Source of the DNA: Paraspadella gotoi
Lineage: Eukaryota; Animalia; Chaetognatha
Length of the DNA stretch: 64,000 nucleotides
Direction: 5' to 3'
Assembly (NCBI GenBank): GCA_051294375.1
Contig: CM119263.1
Span: 12,961,923 to 13,025,922 of the forward strand
The first letter of the stretch is position 1. Every line of letters starts with the position of its first letter. The notes beneath the pieces were generated by a model. The model worked only from the letters and a program-made list of their open reading frames with translations. It was not told where the DNA came from and did not search any database. This document shows, one piece after another, positions 38,745-50,825 of the stretch. A program made the position numbers and the translations under genes.

Positions 38745-41423
38745 CTGCTGAGTCTAGAGCGAGATAAGTGTATAGACGTCTATCTATGGAGAGCTGAAAC
38801 ATTTGTAGAAAGTAATGAAGTAAGGGTATGACAATGAGGATGAGAAGAAAAGGTATTGCCAATTGAGGAAGTCCAAATTGTATATCAAATTGTATACCCT
38901 CCTTCGTGGAGAAAATCAAATTGGAGAATACTGTAATATGACAAAAAAAGTGATTTTCCATCTTGAACCTTGCATGTTTGATTAAGAAGCTTGCAAAACG
39001 ATTTTTTTTTCTTCAACAAAGCCACTCGAGCTGAGGGACTCTCGGTGAGGTTATGACGCAATTATTTTGCGAGTCATAGGTGGAATTAAGGCAATAGAAG
39101 AAAGACGAAGGGAAGAGGTTAATGACGAGGGCACAGGAAGTAAGTGGAACATAAAAGGGCGAGAGATAACAAGAGGGCAAAGTGAGGGGGCACAATTAGT
39201 AAGTTAAAAACAAGAGGGCAGATTGAGGGGCCTCTGCGGGTCGAACAACCAAGACGGAAGAACAAAAAGGGACACGACAGAGAAGTTATAGACCGGAAGG
39301 AATGTGAATCAACGTGAGGGAAGATTTAAGGGAGCAATGTTAGACACCAAGATCAGCAAGGGAACAATGAAATTATTACAAATAATTTCAAATAAGAATC
39401 ATAACCAAAGTCGCTGATGCCTTGGTCCGTTGGTCGAAGGGAAAAGTTTAATCAAAGAAATTTAAGAAGCAAATAAAAGAGACAGAAAGACGAGGAAATC
39501 GAGCATGCGCGACCAAATCCAAGGCTCTTTTAAACGATTAAAAAAAAAAAAAAAAAAATTTCTAATCTCGATGAGTTGAAAAGTTTATGAATGGAAATGA
39601 GATGCGGCGAAAGAAAAGAAACGAGAGCGATGAGACTCTCGCGTCTCCTTTTGTCTTCCCAACGAATTTATGGCCCCAAGATGGCTACGCAACTCCACGC
39701 GCGCATCGCACACACATCGATTAAACGCTTTGTCTGTTCGCGCATGAATCGGGCGCATTCGCACACGCGCGCCAAACCAGAAACTGTTTTATATTTGTAT
39801 AGAGAGCAATTGTTTAATTCTTTTTTTTTTTTTTGGATGAATATACTGTGCGCCCTCATGGAGAAAACGCGCGCTAATATATCAAATATGAGTGCAACTT
39901 AGGTACGTGGGCGCATCGAGCTAGCGTCACCGCTGCGTCTTCGCCGATGCATACGATCGGTTATTGTGATGGAAATTTGTATTGGAAAAAAAATCCCCAT
40001 CGGTGGGAAAAAGAAGAGAGAGAGGAAGGAGATAAGATTGGGGGAAGCTTCATCGGCTTTTCCGCATTTTTTTTTTTTTTTTTTTTGCCCTCAAAAGAAT
40101 TCGCGCGTCTAAAAGGTTAATTTAATTCTTATTTTGTTAACAAAAGATGAGGAGATTGAAGCGGGAAATTTGTATTAAAGCAAAACCAAACATAAACTGT
40201 TAAAGCGAAGTAGGTAGTAGACCTTGCCAGAAAAATTAAAGTTTTTAATCTAGCTTAGTAGTAGGGTAGAAAATGCTCCTCACCCATGGCCATATTTTTT
40301 ACAATAATCCTCATTAAAAAAAAAATTACAGGAAATGCTGCCGACTTTTTTAAAAAATGCAGAAAAACTGAAAAGTTAGGGTATTTTCTTCATATCTTTA
40401 ATGGCATTAATAACACATGAAGGAAAGCAGTTTTAATATTAAAAGCGTCAAAAACTGTACGTGTTAGACATTGTACTTGATTTATTTAATTTATTTAAAA
40501 ATGTTTATGATCTACTATTCGAATTTTGATTCAACTTGATTTTAATATTTTTGCTACTCTTTAATGTACATGTATGTATATTTTTATATTTTTAGCTTGT
40601 ACATGTACATATATATTGCATTTTAAAAGTTCGAAATTATAATAATAGGAAAAATAATAAACACTTTCATCGAATGCCCAGTTCCAGTCCCCTCCTTTCG
40701 GATTTTTTTAGCCAAGAGGTCGCGGAGGTTTTAGGCTTTGGACGCGGCTTTTTAATCTCTTTTTTTTTTTTATGGAAGACCAAGAATTTAGCGCTAGACA
40801 ATGGAGCTATGAAGTGAGAAAGGAGAACGTATAAGGAATGACTGAGATAAACCTGGCCAGATCTTGAATGAAAAAACAAATTGAAAGGGAATGAGCAGAC
40901 GGTCGAGACTGGAAGCAGTAGAGCGATCTCATTCCCGCTCACCACTTCGAATGGGAAAGGCTGGAAATAAGTCGACGGTTTCCTTTTGGACGCCTGAGAC
41001 AAATGAGAGGGATAGAGAGAAGAGAGAAAAGACAAGGCAAGGCAGGGGAAATTACGGCCAAACAAGGCAAGGGAAGCATAGTCGGGGAGAAGCGAGTCAA
41101 GCAACCTCGATAACTGGGGGCGTCCTGGGGGACGAGGAGAGGAACCGAGAAGCGAAAGGGGCGCAACAACGGTTCAAATCGTGTTAGATTGAAATAGGAA
41201 CTGATTATTCCCTCGCGCCGCTGGAAAGACGACGAGGCCGAGACAGAGGGCGGCGTTGCGGTGCCACTGTTCTAAATGGGCTTCATGTGCCGCGTTTGTT
41301 CCGTGCCACTGTCTGTTCCATGCCTATTTCTCGTCCACGCATACTAAAACAGATGTACTCATACTGTTCAGTGTTTATGTCGCGGATGTATATTTTTACC
41401 GAATTGATACATTACTCATCTCT

Positions 41424-41511
<88 letters not shown>

Positions 41512-42667
41512 TCTCTCTGATTTTTTTTTCTTTCGCTCTCTTTTCACTTCCTTTCATTCTTTCTCGTTTTCTCTCTCTCTCACTTACCTTGATTAGGAGA
41601 TTTATCCAGATTTTAACGATAGTGCCGAAAGATTTTAGTAAAGAAAATTATAATCCAAACGAAGAAAAAATTATATTTTTTTCAAAATTATACATGATTA
41701 TTTTGATTTAGATCAAGGTTAAAAACGAAACTGCGACCACATGAAAATGGCGTAAACGGACGAATAGACGGACGGACGGACGAACGAACGAGTCATTACG
41801 TGGGCAAAATTGAAGAGCTGCTCTTTCTGACCTAAATTTTGTTGCGAGTCAGCATGCGCCATTGCGTTACGGGGCACGGAAGGAACCCGTTAAATATGAC
41901 TCTCAGACTCAATTACTCTTGTTTTTTTTATTGAGTGGCATCTTACGCAAAGCCAGACCGCAACATTTACATAATTATCTATTCAGCGGATATTAGTGAG
42001 ATTTTTACGCCATTTGTGACCATCACACGATTCGCATCTAGGGCAAAACCGAATCGAGCCGGGTCGACAACATTCGGCAAGGCATGACCATGACCCAGCC
42101 CGGGCGCTTGATTTGCACGTGCCTCGAAAATAGGCGCCCGAGACTTTCCCTACTACTAAACCGTGGAGCGTCTCGACCACGTGCGCGGAAATTCGAGTTT
42201 CGGATTCGCTGTCGAGAAACCAGCCCGATAAGAATAACGAGGTGTGACTCTGAGGCGGCTGAGCCCGCGGCGGTGGCGGCAGCGGCGGCGGCGGTGGCGG
42301 CGTGGCGTCGCGATTCCGTCTCCAACGGGAATTTCCTCGGAAAGAATTATTTGCTCTTCTTGAGAAAGAAGAATCGTAGAAAAGAAATCGCGAATAAAAG
42401 GAGATTCCATTGTCCACCTGTGACGTTCAGGTCGTATTCCCAGCGTGAAATTGCGTGAAATAATTATTATATAGTTCCTTGGGAAAGATGAAATGTATTT
42501 TGTAGTCACTATTTTTTTTATGGGATTTTTTTCTATTTTTGGAAATTCGGTGTTATGATTTGGGCGATGCGGGAATTTGAAAAAAAGAGAAAAAGAGGAA
42601 AAAAAAGAGACAGAGAGAGAAAGAGAGGGAGAGAGAGAGAGANNNNNNNNNNNNNNNNNNNNNNNNN

Positions 42668-43176
42668 AGAGAGAGACTTCTCATTTTCATTCAACTCTCT
42701 CAGCTATTTGTCATCTCTAGAGGACGAAAAAAAAAAGTAGGAGCGATAAGTATGTAAGATGTCGAAAAATTCTTCCTTCTCGGTTCTATCAGAAGTTGCT
42801 GCCGCGTCTTCACTCATTATGAGTTTTCTAGCGCCGGCGTGGCCTCTCTCACTTGATTTCTCAATGAATTCCTCTCTCTCTCTCGTCTCCTCTCTCGATC
42901 TCTCGTCTCCTCTCTCTCTCGTCTGCTCTCTGTCTCTCCTCTCTCTCTCTCTGCTTTCCTCTTTCTTCTTACACCCTATCTTACTATTTCTCCCTTCGCC
43001 CGATATTTTCTTCTTTTTCTTATTTTCGGGCAAGCCTAATCAAATTTTCCTTTTAATATTCTCCGTGCCGCTTCCTCTTTTTGCAAGCTTTTTGTCATCT
43101 GCGGGATCAAGACATTGCAAAAATTGCCCAATATCCCCCTTATCTGTTTGCGCAAAAAAACGTTCTTTACTATTCC
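42668..43176 (-). repeat. Indel-rich inverted copy of 43932-44434
   Basis: 42668-42871 is the reverse complement of 44258-44434, and 43003-43176 is the reverse complement of 43932-44087. It starts right after a 25-N gap. Confidence 0.85.
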
Positions 43177-45504
43177 TCTCGTCTCTTTCTCTCTCACCTC
43201 TCTCTCCTCTTCTCTCTCCTCATCTCTCTCTCTCTCTCATCGTCTCTCTCATCTCTCTCATCTCTCCTCTCGTCTCTCTCCTCGTCTCTCATCTCTCTCC
43301 TCTCCTTTTCCTCTCGTTGTCCTGCATTTGCCTTTCATGCTTCTTCCTGTGCCTGCTTCCCAATCCTCCTTTTGTGTGATCTTCTTCTTATCCTCGCTGC
43401 CTCTTTCGCTCCTATCCCGCCTTTCCTCAACTTTGCTTTCCTTCATTTCTTGGCCAGAGTCTCGGGATCCGAGGAGGCATAACTCAATTTCCGCGGGGCG
43501 AGATTCTCTCGGTCTCATCTCCTCTCAGTCGTGGTCCCGAATCGGTATTCTGGCCTTTTCTCTAGTCTTCTGCTCCGAGTCCCTCTCCATCTCTCGTCCT
43601 CGTCTTACACTCAGTCTCTCTCTCCTCGGTTCCTCTCGCATCTCTCTCCTCTCTCTCGTCTCTCTCATCTCTTTCATCTCTCTTTAGTACTGTGAACCAA
43701 TCTATTCACTGCTATAGACGACGAATAAATATTCGATTTAGATAAAAAAAATCTTTTATGAAAACATATTTATCGCTTCGCGCACGTATATCTCCACTCC
43801 TCTCTCTCACTCTTCTACTCTCTCTCCTCTCTCTCTCTCTCTCTCTTCTCTTCTTCTCTACTACTCTCTGCTCTCTGCTCTCTTCTCATCTCGTCGCTCA
43901 TCTCATCTCCTTCTGCAGAGAGAGAGAGAGAGAGGAAGTAAGAACGTTTTTTGGCAAACAGATAAGGGGGATATTGGGCAATTTTGCAATTCTTGATCCC
44001 GAAGAGAAAAAGTGAAAAAGAGAAGCGAGGAGAATATAAAAAGGAAAATGATTGGCTGCCCGAAAATAAAGAAAAAGAAAGAAAATANNNNNNNNNNNNN
44101 NNNNNNNNNNNNNNNNNNNNNNNNNNNNNNNNNNNNNNNNNNNNNNNNNNNNNNNNNNNNNNNNNNNNNNNNNNNNNNNNNNNNNNNNNNNNNNNNNNNN
44201 NNNNNNNNNNNNNNNNNNNNNNNNNNNNNNNNNNNNNNNNNNNNNNNNNNNNNNNNNGGAATTCATTGAAAAAGTGAGAGAGGACGGGCGTAGAAACTCA
44301 TATGGGGTGAAGACGGCAGCAATTCTGATAGAACCCGAGAAGGAAGGAATTTTTCGAATTTACATACCTTATCGTCTCTTTTTTTTTTCGTCGTAGAGAT
44401 AAAAATAGTGAGAGAGTTGAATGAAAATGAGAAGAAGAGAGTGTATACGTGGGACGGCTTCTCTTGAAGAAGAACAATACGTTTTGTTACATTCACCGTC
44501 AGCGAAACTGGATACAACTCTGTCGACCTTCTCCTGAATTTTTCTCGCTTTTCGGTTCGAAAACTTTTGTTGCATAATATTTTAGATTTTTGTTGTTTTG
44601 ATTCAGCGCGAGATTCCATTTATCTAATCCCCTTTAGTTCTATTCATCTTTGCTCCATGAGACTCTTTCACATTTCCCCACTTCTGTCTCCTGCATTCAA
44701 CCATTTCCTTTAATGTCTGAGACAGTTACCACCACTCCCGGATTTATTACATACTACATTCTGCCTCACAGTAACCTCCCCCCCCCTTCGTACAATCCCC
44801 TACTACGGTCCTTACAACTCGACCGTTCTCCTCAGCGCCTTAAATCTCCAATTTTTCAGCGCCGCTGCCAAAAACTGGAGCAAAGTCTTGGCACGAATTT
44901 CCGAGCCGCCTCGTGGGGCGGAGAGGTGAGGAGCGGGTTGGGAATGTCGAGGTAATATAAGCGGGGAGGGGGGAGAGGAGTTGGGAAACAAAAACCCCCG
45001 AAACGACAAGAAAAACACTAGGGATTATTTCATTTGATTCAAAAAGTTTTTTGTTGCTTTAAGTTGTTTCGTCGTTCACGCATACAGTTATTAACGTATT
45101 TTGTCATTTATTTACTATTTAATATCTACTGTTATCTTTGTTCAGTCATATAAGATAAGTCTGATAAGATCAATAAAGTTTTCTTTTTTTCTTTATTTAT
45201 TTAGAAGACTAAATATATTTACCTCAAAGAAATAGTCAACAAGTGATATCCTTATGTAAAAGGGATGATATCATTGCTCTCATTATCGAATCGATGCTTT
45301 TCTCCTTCAGATCTTGATTTCCAGCGGAATCTTTTTCGCCTAGACCATAGATGCCAGTTTCGAGTCATGGAGGACAGGCGGGCAGCAGCAGCATCGGCAG
45401 CGGCAGCGGCGACGATTTGGTACACCAGCCGCTGCCGCGCCTTCTTTCCCCAGTCTCCTTGCTACCTTTGCCTGCGCGTTTTCCTTACAGCGGGGGAAAA
45501 AAGT

Positions 45505-45650
45505 CGGCGTCGTCCAATCCGCTAACAGACGTCATTTGCTCCCATCCAATAGGAGCGGTTCGTGCAAGGGGCCAATCGGAGTCTATCTGAAGCAGTCCTT
45601 CGTCCAATCACGTGACGAAATAAGCGTCGAACGTGGCGCGCAGAACGTGA
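45505..45650. promoter_or_regulatory. Promoter-like cluster: four CCAAT boxes plus CRE-like and E-box motifs
   Basis: CCAAT at 45514, 45546, 45572 and 45604 (spacings 32, 26, 32). GACGTCA near 45528 and TCACGTGAC at 45608. Adjacent to a GC-rich (GCA/GCG)n tract at 45380-45410. Confidence 0.6.
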
Positions 45651-46554
45651 TTCTATATATGGTGTTGATGATGGGTAGAATGATGACGAGGACGACAGAG
45701 TCGAGGGTCATTCCATCAGTACCCCGAAGGCCGTAAAGGGGAAGGAAGGAAGGGGTCAAGGTGGTCTGTGGGGGGAAGAAAAGGAAAGCGGGACGGTGAG
45801 AGGTGTATGAAAGAAGAGAGAGAGTAGAGAGAGAAGAAAGAGAGAGAGAAGAAGAGAGAGAGAGAGGAGGGAGAGGGAGAGGAGGGAGGAGAGAGAGTTG
45901 GGGCACAGAGAGGAGATGCATGTGAACCGGAAAACAAAACCCCCTCCGGTCGTCATCTTTTTTTTTTGCTGCCTTTTTTCCCCTCATTCTCTCCCCTTCA
46001 TTCTTTATCGCGCGAAGGAAACGTGCGGAAATTTTTTTTTTTCTCCCCCGTCAGTTTTTACGAGAAAAAAAAAATTCCTTCTTTTCTGATGTTAAAACTC
46101 CTTTTAAAACTCCTTTTCTTTTTTAAAAGGAAAGAATGTCACGCTTCCGGGCGACCGATACTCACAGTATACTAATACCACATCGTACAACACTCCAAAG
46201 AGTAGAGCGCAGGATTGTTATTTCCAGCGGAGGTATTAATCTTCTTCCTTTTCCACTTTTCCTCTCTTCTCTCTTCTACTTTTTTTGACTTCTACAGGGC
46301 TCTCTTCTTTTTTTGTCGTCTCTCTTCGGCGTTCTCTCTCATTTCACATAATCTTACAGCTCTCTGTTTTGGTTTTCGGGTTCACCGGCCATACGGTATT
46401 TACGTACTTCTTGTCTATTAAATTTAACTTATTGTAAAATCTAACTACCATGGGTTGAATGTTTGGTTCAGCTATTCCGGTAAAGTGATAAAGGTCTCTT
46501 GATAGATCCAAATAGTTTCCTTTTTTATTTTTCTTTTACTTATATCTTAGAACT

Positions 46555-46740
46555 CAAAATATTATACCCTCAAAGTACAAATAGTCAACCAAGCGATTAT
46601 CTATTAATGTAAAGGGGATGATTTTCCATTGCTTACTCACATCATCGAAATCGATGCCTTTATCCTTCCCAGAATAAAAGTTCTTGGATTTCCCAAGCGG
46701 GGAACTTCTTTTTCGCCTAGACCATAGATGCCTCCAGTTC
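46555..46740 (+). repeat. Insertion-rich direct copy of 45215-45360
   Basis: Shared anchors AAATAGTCAAC, ATCGATGC and TTTTCGCCTAGACCATAGATGCC. Confidence 0.8.
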
Positions 46741-47475
46741 TCTCTCTCTCATCTTTCATTTTTTTTCCCTTGTCGATTAAGCATTTATTTCCTGATTTAT
46801 GACCAAGGAGTACCCAAGATCCCTTATGAAGGGGCGTGAGATGATGATCTCTCTATAGGCAGTCAAGTAGGTGTCATGCCTTAACGAGCACGATCCGGTC
46901 GCGACCTAAAGCCTTGGGCGGGCTCGAGGGATCGCGCATGTGAGCGGGAAATGAGCACTCAGCCAACAAATATGGCATATGATTAAATTTCTTGGAAGAA
47001 CAAATTACTTTTCTTCTCTCCTCCTTTCCATTACCTTCTTTACTTAACTACTGACCTTTTAGAAAATGAAATGTTATTATCGCCGAGTAAGTCTTCATCC
47101 AGCATGAATTCAATATTGGTCGTTAAGTCTTCTCATCACTGACCTCTTTTAAACTCACTCGGTATTTCTCCTTATGCGAGAGCTGCTGGGGTGGCTACTC
47201 CGAACGGTTTGTCCCCCCGCTGGGCGAGGAACCGGGCGGCTCTCGCTCTTCCGCGAGTTTCGGTCTCTCCTGCGCTGCTTTGACCAGATTGGCTGTTTGC
47301 GTCCCTTGGCGGCGCTCCTGAGTTTCTGACCGCCTTGTGTGCATTGGAGACGGAGAGGACGTGGAGAGGACCGAGGGTCGCGGGGCCGCCCTGTCGTCCA
47401 TACCACTGACCGCCAACGGCCCGTCGAGCCCTTAGAGATAAGAGAATGGAGGGTTCACTATTTGTATTTGTAAAA

Positions 47476-47815
47476 ACAAAACAAATCCAGCTATTAAGGG
47501 GAACATAGTGAAATAGCAAGGTGTATTACGATGCTCAGGAGGCCCATATATCGAAGATTCACTATCTGAAAGCAATGGCGTCCCTTTGCCGTAAATTCTC
47601 GCAATCATCATGTTTGAGCGTATACATAATTCCATGTTCTGTTCCGAACCTGGTGGCCGCGGTAAGGTAATATATGTTGATCTCTGATTAAAAAATATCC
47701 CATGTGGCTTGTATTGAATTGATGGTCTAGATAGTCTCCATCTGTGAGAACGACGAAAAAAAGTTGTGTATGAACCGATCAAATCGCAGCGTCGAACGGA
47801 GTCAGGCTGCCCACC
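47476..47815 (-). mobile_element. Degenerate PIF/Harbinger (DDE_Tnp_4, HARBI1-like) transposase fragment
   Basis: Ordered motifs GQPDSV/DAAI, GYFLIRD, LPYRG, WNY, T*/MIARIYG and KGRHCF..LRY correspond to GxPGSxHDA, YxLxGD, TPYRG, FNY, RxxIERAFG and LKGRxRCL. Mostly one frame, with stops and local frameshifts. Confidence 0.5.
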
Positions 47816-48317
47816 AATAGTCTTTCTCCAAGGACGAAGCTCTGAGACGGTGTCGTCGTATCTTTCGGGGGCCGGTCCGCCTTGACGTCCAGATCCACCA
47901 AATCACGTTCGGCTTAGCACAATACACGCCGAGAGAATCTCCCTCATAGGATCTCCGTCACACAAACTCTCTCCTCCCCCTGATATCTCGGTCTTCCTCA
48001 CTCGTCAAGTCCGCACCGTCTGCTCTCGTGGCCATATCACTTGGGTCTCTCTCTCTCACCCGCCTTCGGCCGCGCCGAGAGTCGGCCCCGGTCCTAAGCA
48101 CCGGTTCTCGTTCGGATCGCATCTCTCAAAAACCGTTCGCCTCTCCCCTAAACAATGATACACGTCTCAGCCCCGAAGCGGTCTTCCCATCATTCATCAA
48201 GTCTTCTCTTTCCTACGTCTCTTCTCCCGATGTCTCGTCCGCACGCATTGGCTGCCTACTTATTCAAAAACCTTCACCGNNNNNNNNNNNNNNNNNNNNN
48301 NNNNTCTCTCTCTCTCT

Positions 48318-48822
48318 CTCCTGGCCTAATATCACCTTTACCAAGGCCTCTGGAGATAGGATTAAGTGCTAAGAGGGCAGAAAATCTGAAAAATGGGAAA
48401 GATTTCAGTCATTTTCTACTTCTCGTTTCGTGTCCAGTTTTTCTCGGTATATTCGGTAGTCAACAGTAAGATTGAGATTCTGTTTATTACATGATTTGAA
48501 GTATGAGAGAAAGAGAGAGAGAGAGAGAGAGAAGTCTCTTGTCTCTCTTCTCTCTTCTCTCTTTCTCTCCACTCGGGGTCTCTCTCGTCTCGTTCTATCA
48601 CTTTCTCTCAATACTGTCAAAATCAGTAATAAACAGAAGATCTGCCATCTTACTTGTTCGACTACCGAATATACCGAGAAAAACTGGACTACGAAACGAG
48701 AAGTAAGAAAATGACTGAAATCTTTCCCCATTTTCGATATTTCTGCCGCCTCTTAGCCACGTTAACATGCCTATCTCCAGAAGGCCTTGGCGAGGTAAAA
48801 GGTGAATATTAGGGCCAGGAGA
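48318..48822. repeat. About 500-bp fold-back (arms about 48318-48512 and 48601-48822) with AG/CT centre
   Basis: The arms are reverse complements differing by indels. It follows a 25-N gap. A third copy lies at 61187-61382. Confidence 0.9.
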
Positions 48823-50159
48823 GGAGAGAGAGGAGAGAGAGAGAGGAGAGAGAGGAGGAGAGGAAGAGAGAGAAGGAGAGAGAGAGGAACGCCAGGGTAC
48901 TGATTGGAAATGACCTGTCGGACTCTGTGCGTCCCTCGTCATGCATTTCTACACGCATGCATCAACACCATATATAGAATCACGATAAGGGGGCTGTGCG
49001 CGGGCAGGGAATGGCGCCAGTAGTATGGCCCGGGGCGTCACAGGGGGAGGGATATTGAAGTTGGGGCGTAGGGGCGGTCTGGCGGGAGTTTGGGGCACGG
49101 GGAGGGTTCGCGGGAGCGGGTTAGAAGAAGCGCGGGTAGGCGCTAAAGTGTGGTGCCGTGAGCAGACGCTGGGCTCGCGGGCTCGTGACGGCGGCCCTGC
49201 GCGTCTCGGTAGCGTCGCGGCAGCGGAGCTCTTTGGCAGGATGGCTGGGCGTTCGCGTGAGACGGCTGTAGGGGGCGAACGGTGACCAGGACGGCGGTCC
49301 AGCCAGTAGGTTATCGTCAGAAATAACATTTAATAGACAACAGTTCCTTCACAATATGTAAACAGTTAATCCCGACAGATCGCATTGGAGCGAACACTGA
49401 AGTTACTTTACATCAGAAGAGTTAAAAAAGTAAGAATTTTTAGACCTTTTTTCTCTAAGTTTTGAGTCTGAATACAAAACAAAATTATGATAACGGCTTA
49501 GTATATTTTTGGTCTAAAGGTTTTTTTACAAAAAATCTGAACATTAATAAAAATTAAAGAAATTTATTTTGAAAATTTTCTTAAATTTTGTTTATGCAAA
49601 CAATTTTATTTAAAAAAGGAGAAAAAGGAATAATTTTGAGAACTTGTAGATGCTAAGTCTTCACGATAGCGTGCAAAAAAATTAATAAAATCATTTGTGA
49701 AAAGCTTTTTGACAAAGTATAAGGTTTGCGATGTGCTGATAAACGCGAAAAGAGGAGAGAAGATAGAGTTTCGCAAAAAAAAATAGAAAAAGACAGATAG
49801 GCCAAGGTTAAAGACAGATTACAGAATAAGTTACTAAAAAAGTGAGGGATACTTGAAAGAAAGATAGTTGAGATAAAGTTAATATATATTAAGCAATTTA
49901 AGTTTGCAAACATTAATCATTTTAAATAATAAATCGTAAAAAGTAACAATAACTTACATGTAAAGAGAAGAGAGTTAGTAAAAAAATAAGAGAAGAAAGA
50001 GCTGGCCGCCGCCGCTTTCTGGACAAAGGAAAGCAGTGACAATGTGACCTAGGGGTCATTGCAATGTTTTCATGAGTCGATTTGGAGTCTTTGAGTTCCC
50101 AGACTTTTATGGACCTTCGTCACTATTAGGGTCGGGCAAAAGAAATCCTCGTTGGAAAA

Positions 50160-50307
50160 ATGCCTTGGGGTTTACTTCATCTGACGCTGATATGTCTGCC
50201 GGCTGCCCGTCTTCTTGCCTTAGACAAGGCGGGCTTTTGGGAGTGAAGACCGCTTGCCCTTTCCTCTAACTGTAGCCGCCTTTTATGTCGTCGGTGGGAT
50301 CAGCTTG
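50160..50307 (+). other. Candidate first coding exon with signal peptide and in-frame TGA, weakly SELENOF/Sep15-like
   Basis: AAAAATG start, single frame MPWGLLHLTLICLPAARLLALDKAGFWE*RPLALSSNCSRLLCRRWDQL, then donor G|GTAAGT. Confidence 0.3.
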
Positions 50308-50825
50308 GTAAGTGTAAGGTTCCAGCGTAATAAGTATCCTATCTTTTTATGAATCACCTTAAAAGGCTGGATCACGATGGACACACGAATTCAATGGGCA
50401 GCAATAAACTCATAAAATACCAGAGCCTTAAGATAGATTGTAAAATCCTGATAAAATAATCAAATAATATTTTTAAAATTTCTAACAGTAAAATTTTTAG
50501 ATAAATGTTATTAATATAGAACGTTAAATAAACTAGTTTAATTATGTGGGGAAGTAAATGTTTACGTCTGCTACTCTCGTAATACTCTCTATAATCCTTT
50601 GGTCATTACATTTTAAGTACAAATTGTGGTTCTCATACGTAAAATATAAAAAATACATAATGTAATTATTAATAAATGAAATTATCAGATGATTAATCAT
50701 ACATGAGATTAATTAAAGTTATTATTTATTTAAATATACGAGCAAATAAATAAGTTTAATAAATAAGTAAATTAAAAAGAATTAGGTCTAATTTAAATAT
50801 AGTAACATTAATCGTTAAATTTAAA

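Noticed and set aside
41983-42458. Poly-Pro/poly-Ala ORFs
   Set aside because: Driven by a short (GGC)n tract in a CpG-rich patch, with no domain similarity.
48990-49310. G-rich island as a G-quadruplex or CpG promoter
   Set aside because: It lies in noisy gap-fill sequence directly after a probable chimeric fold-back, so its composition may be a read artefact.
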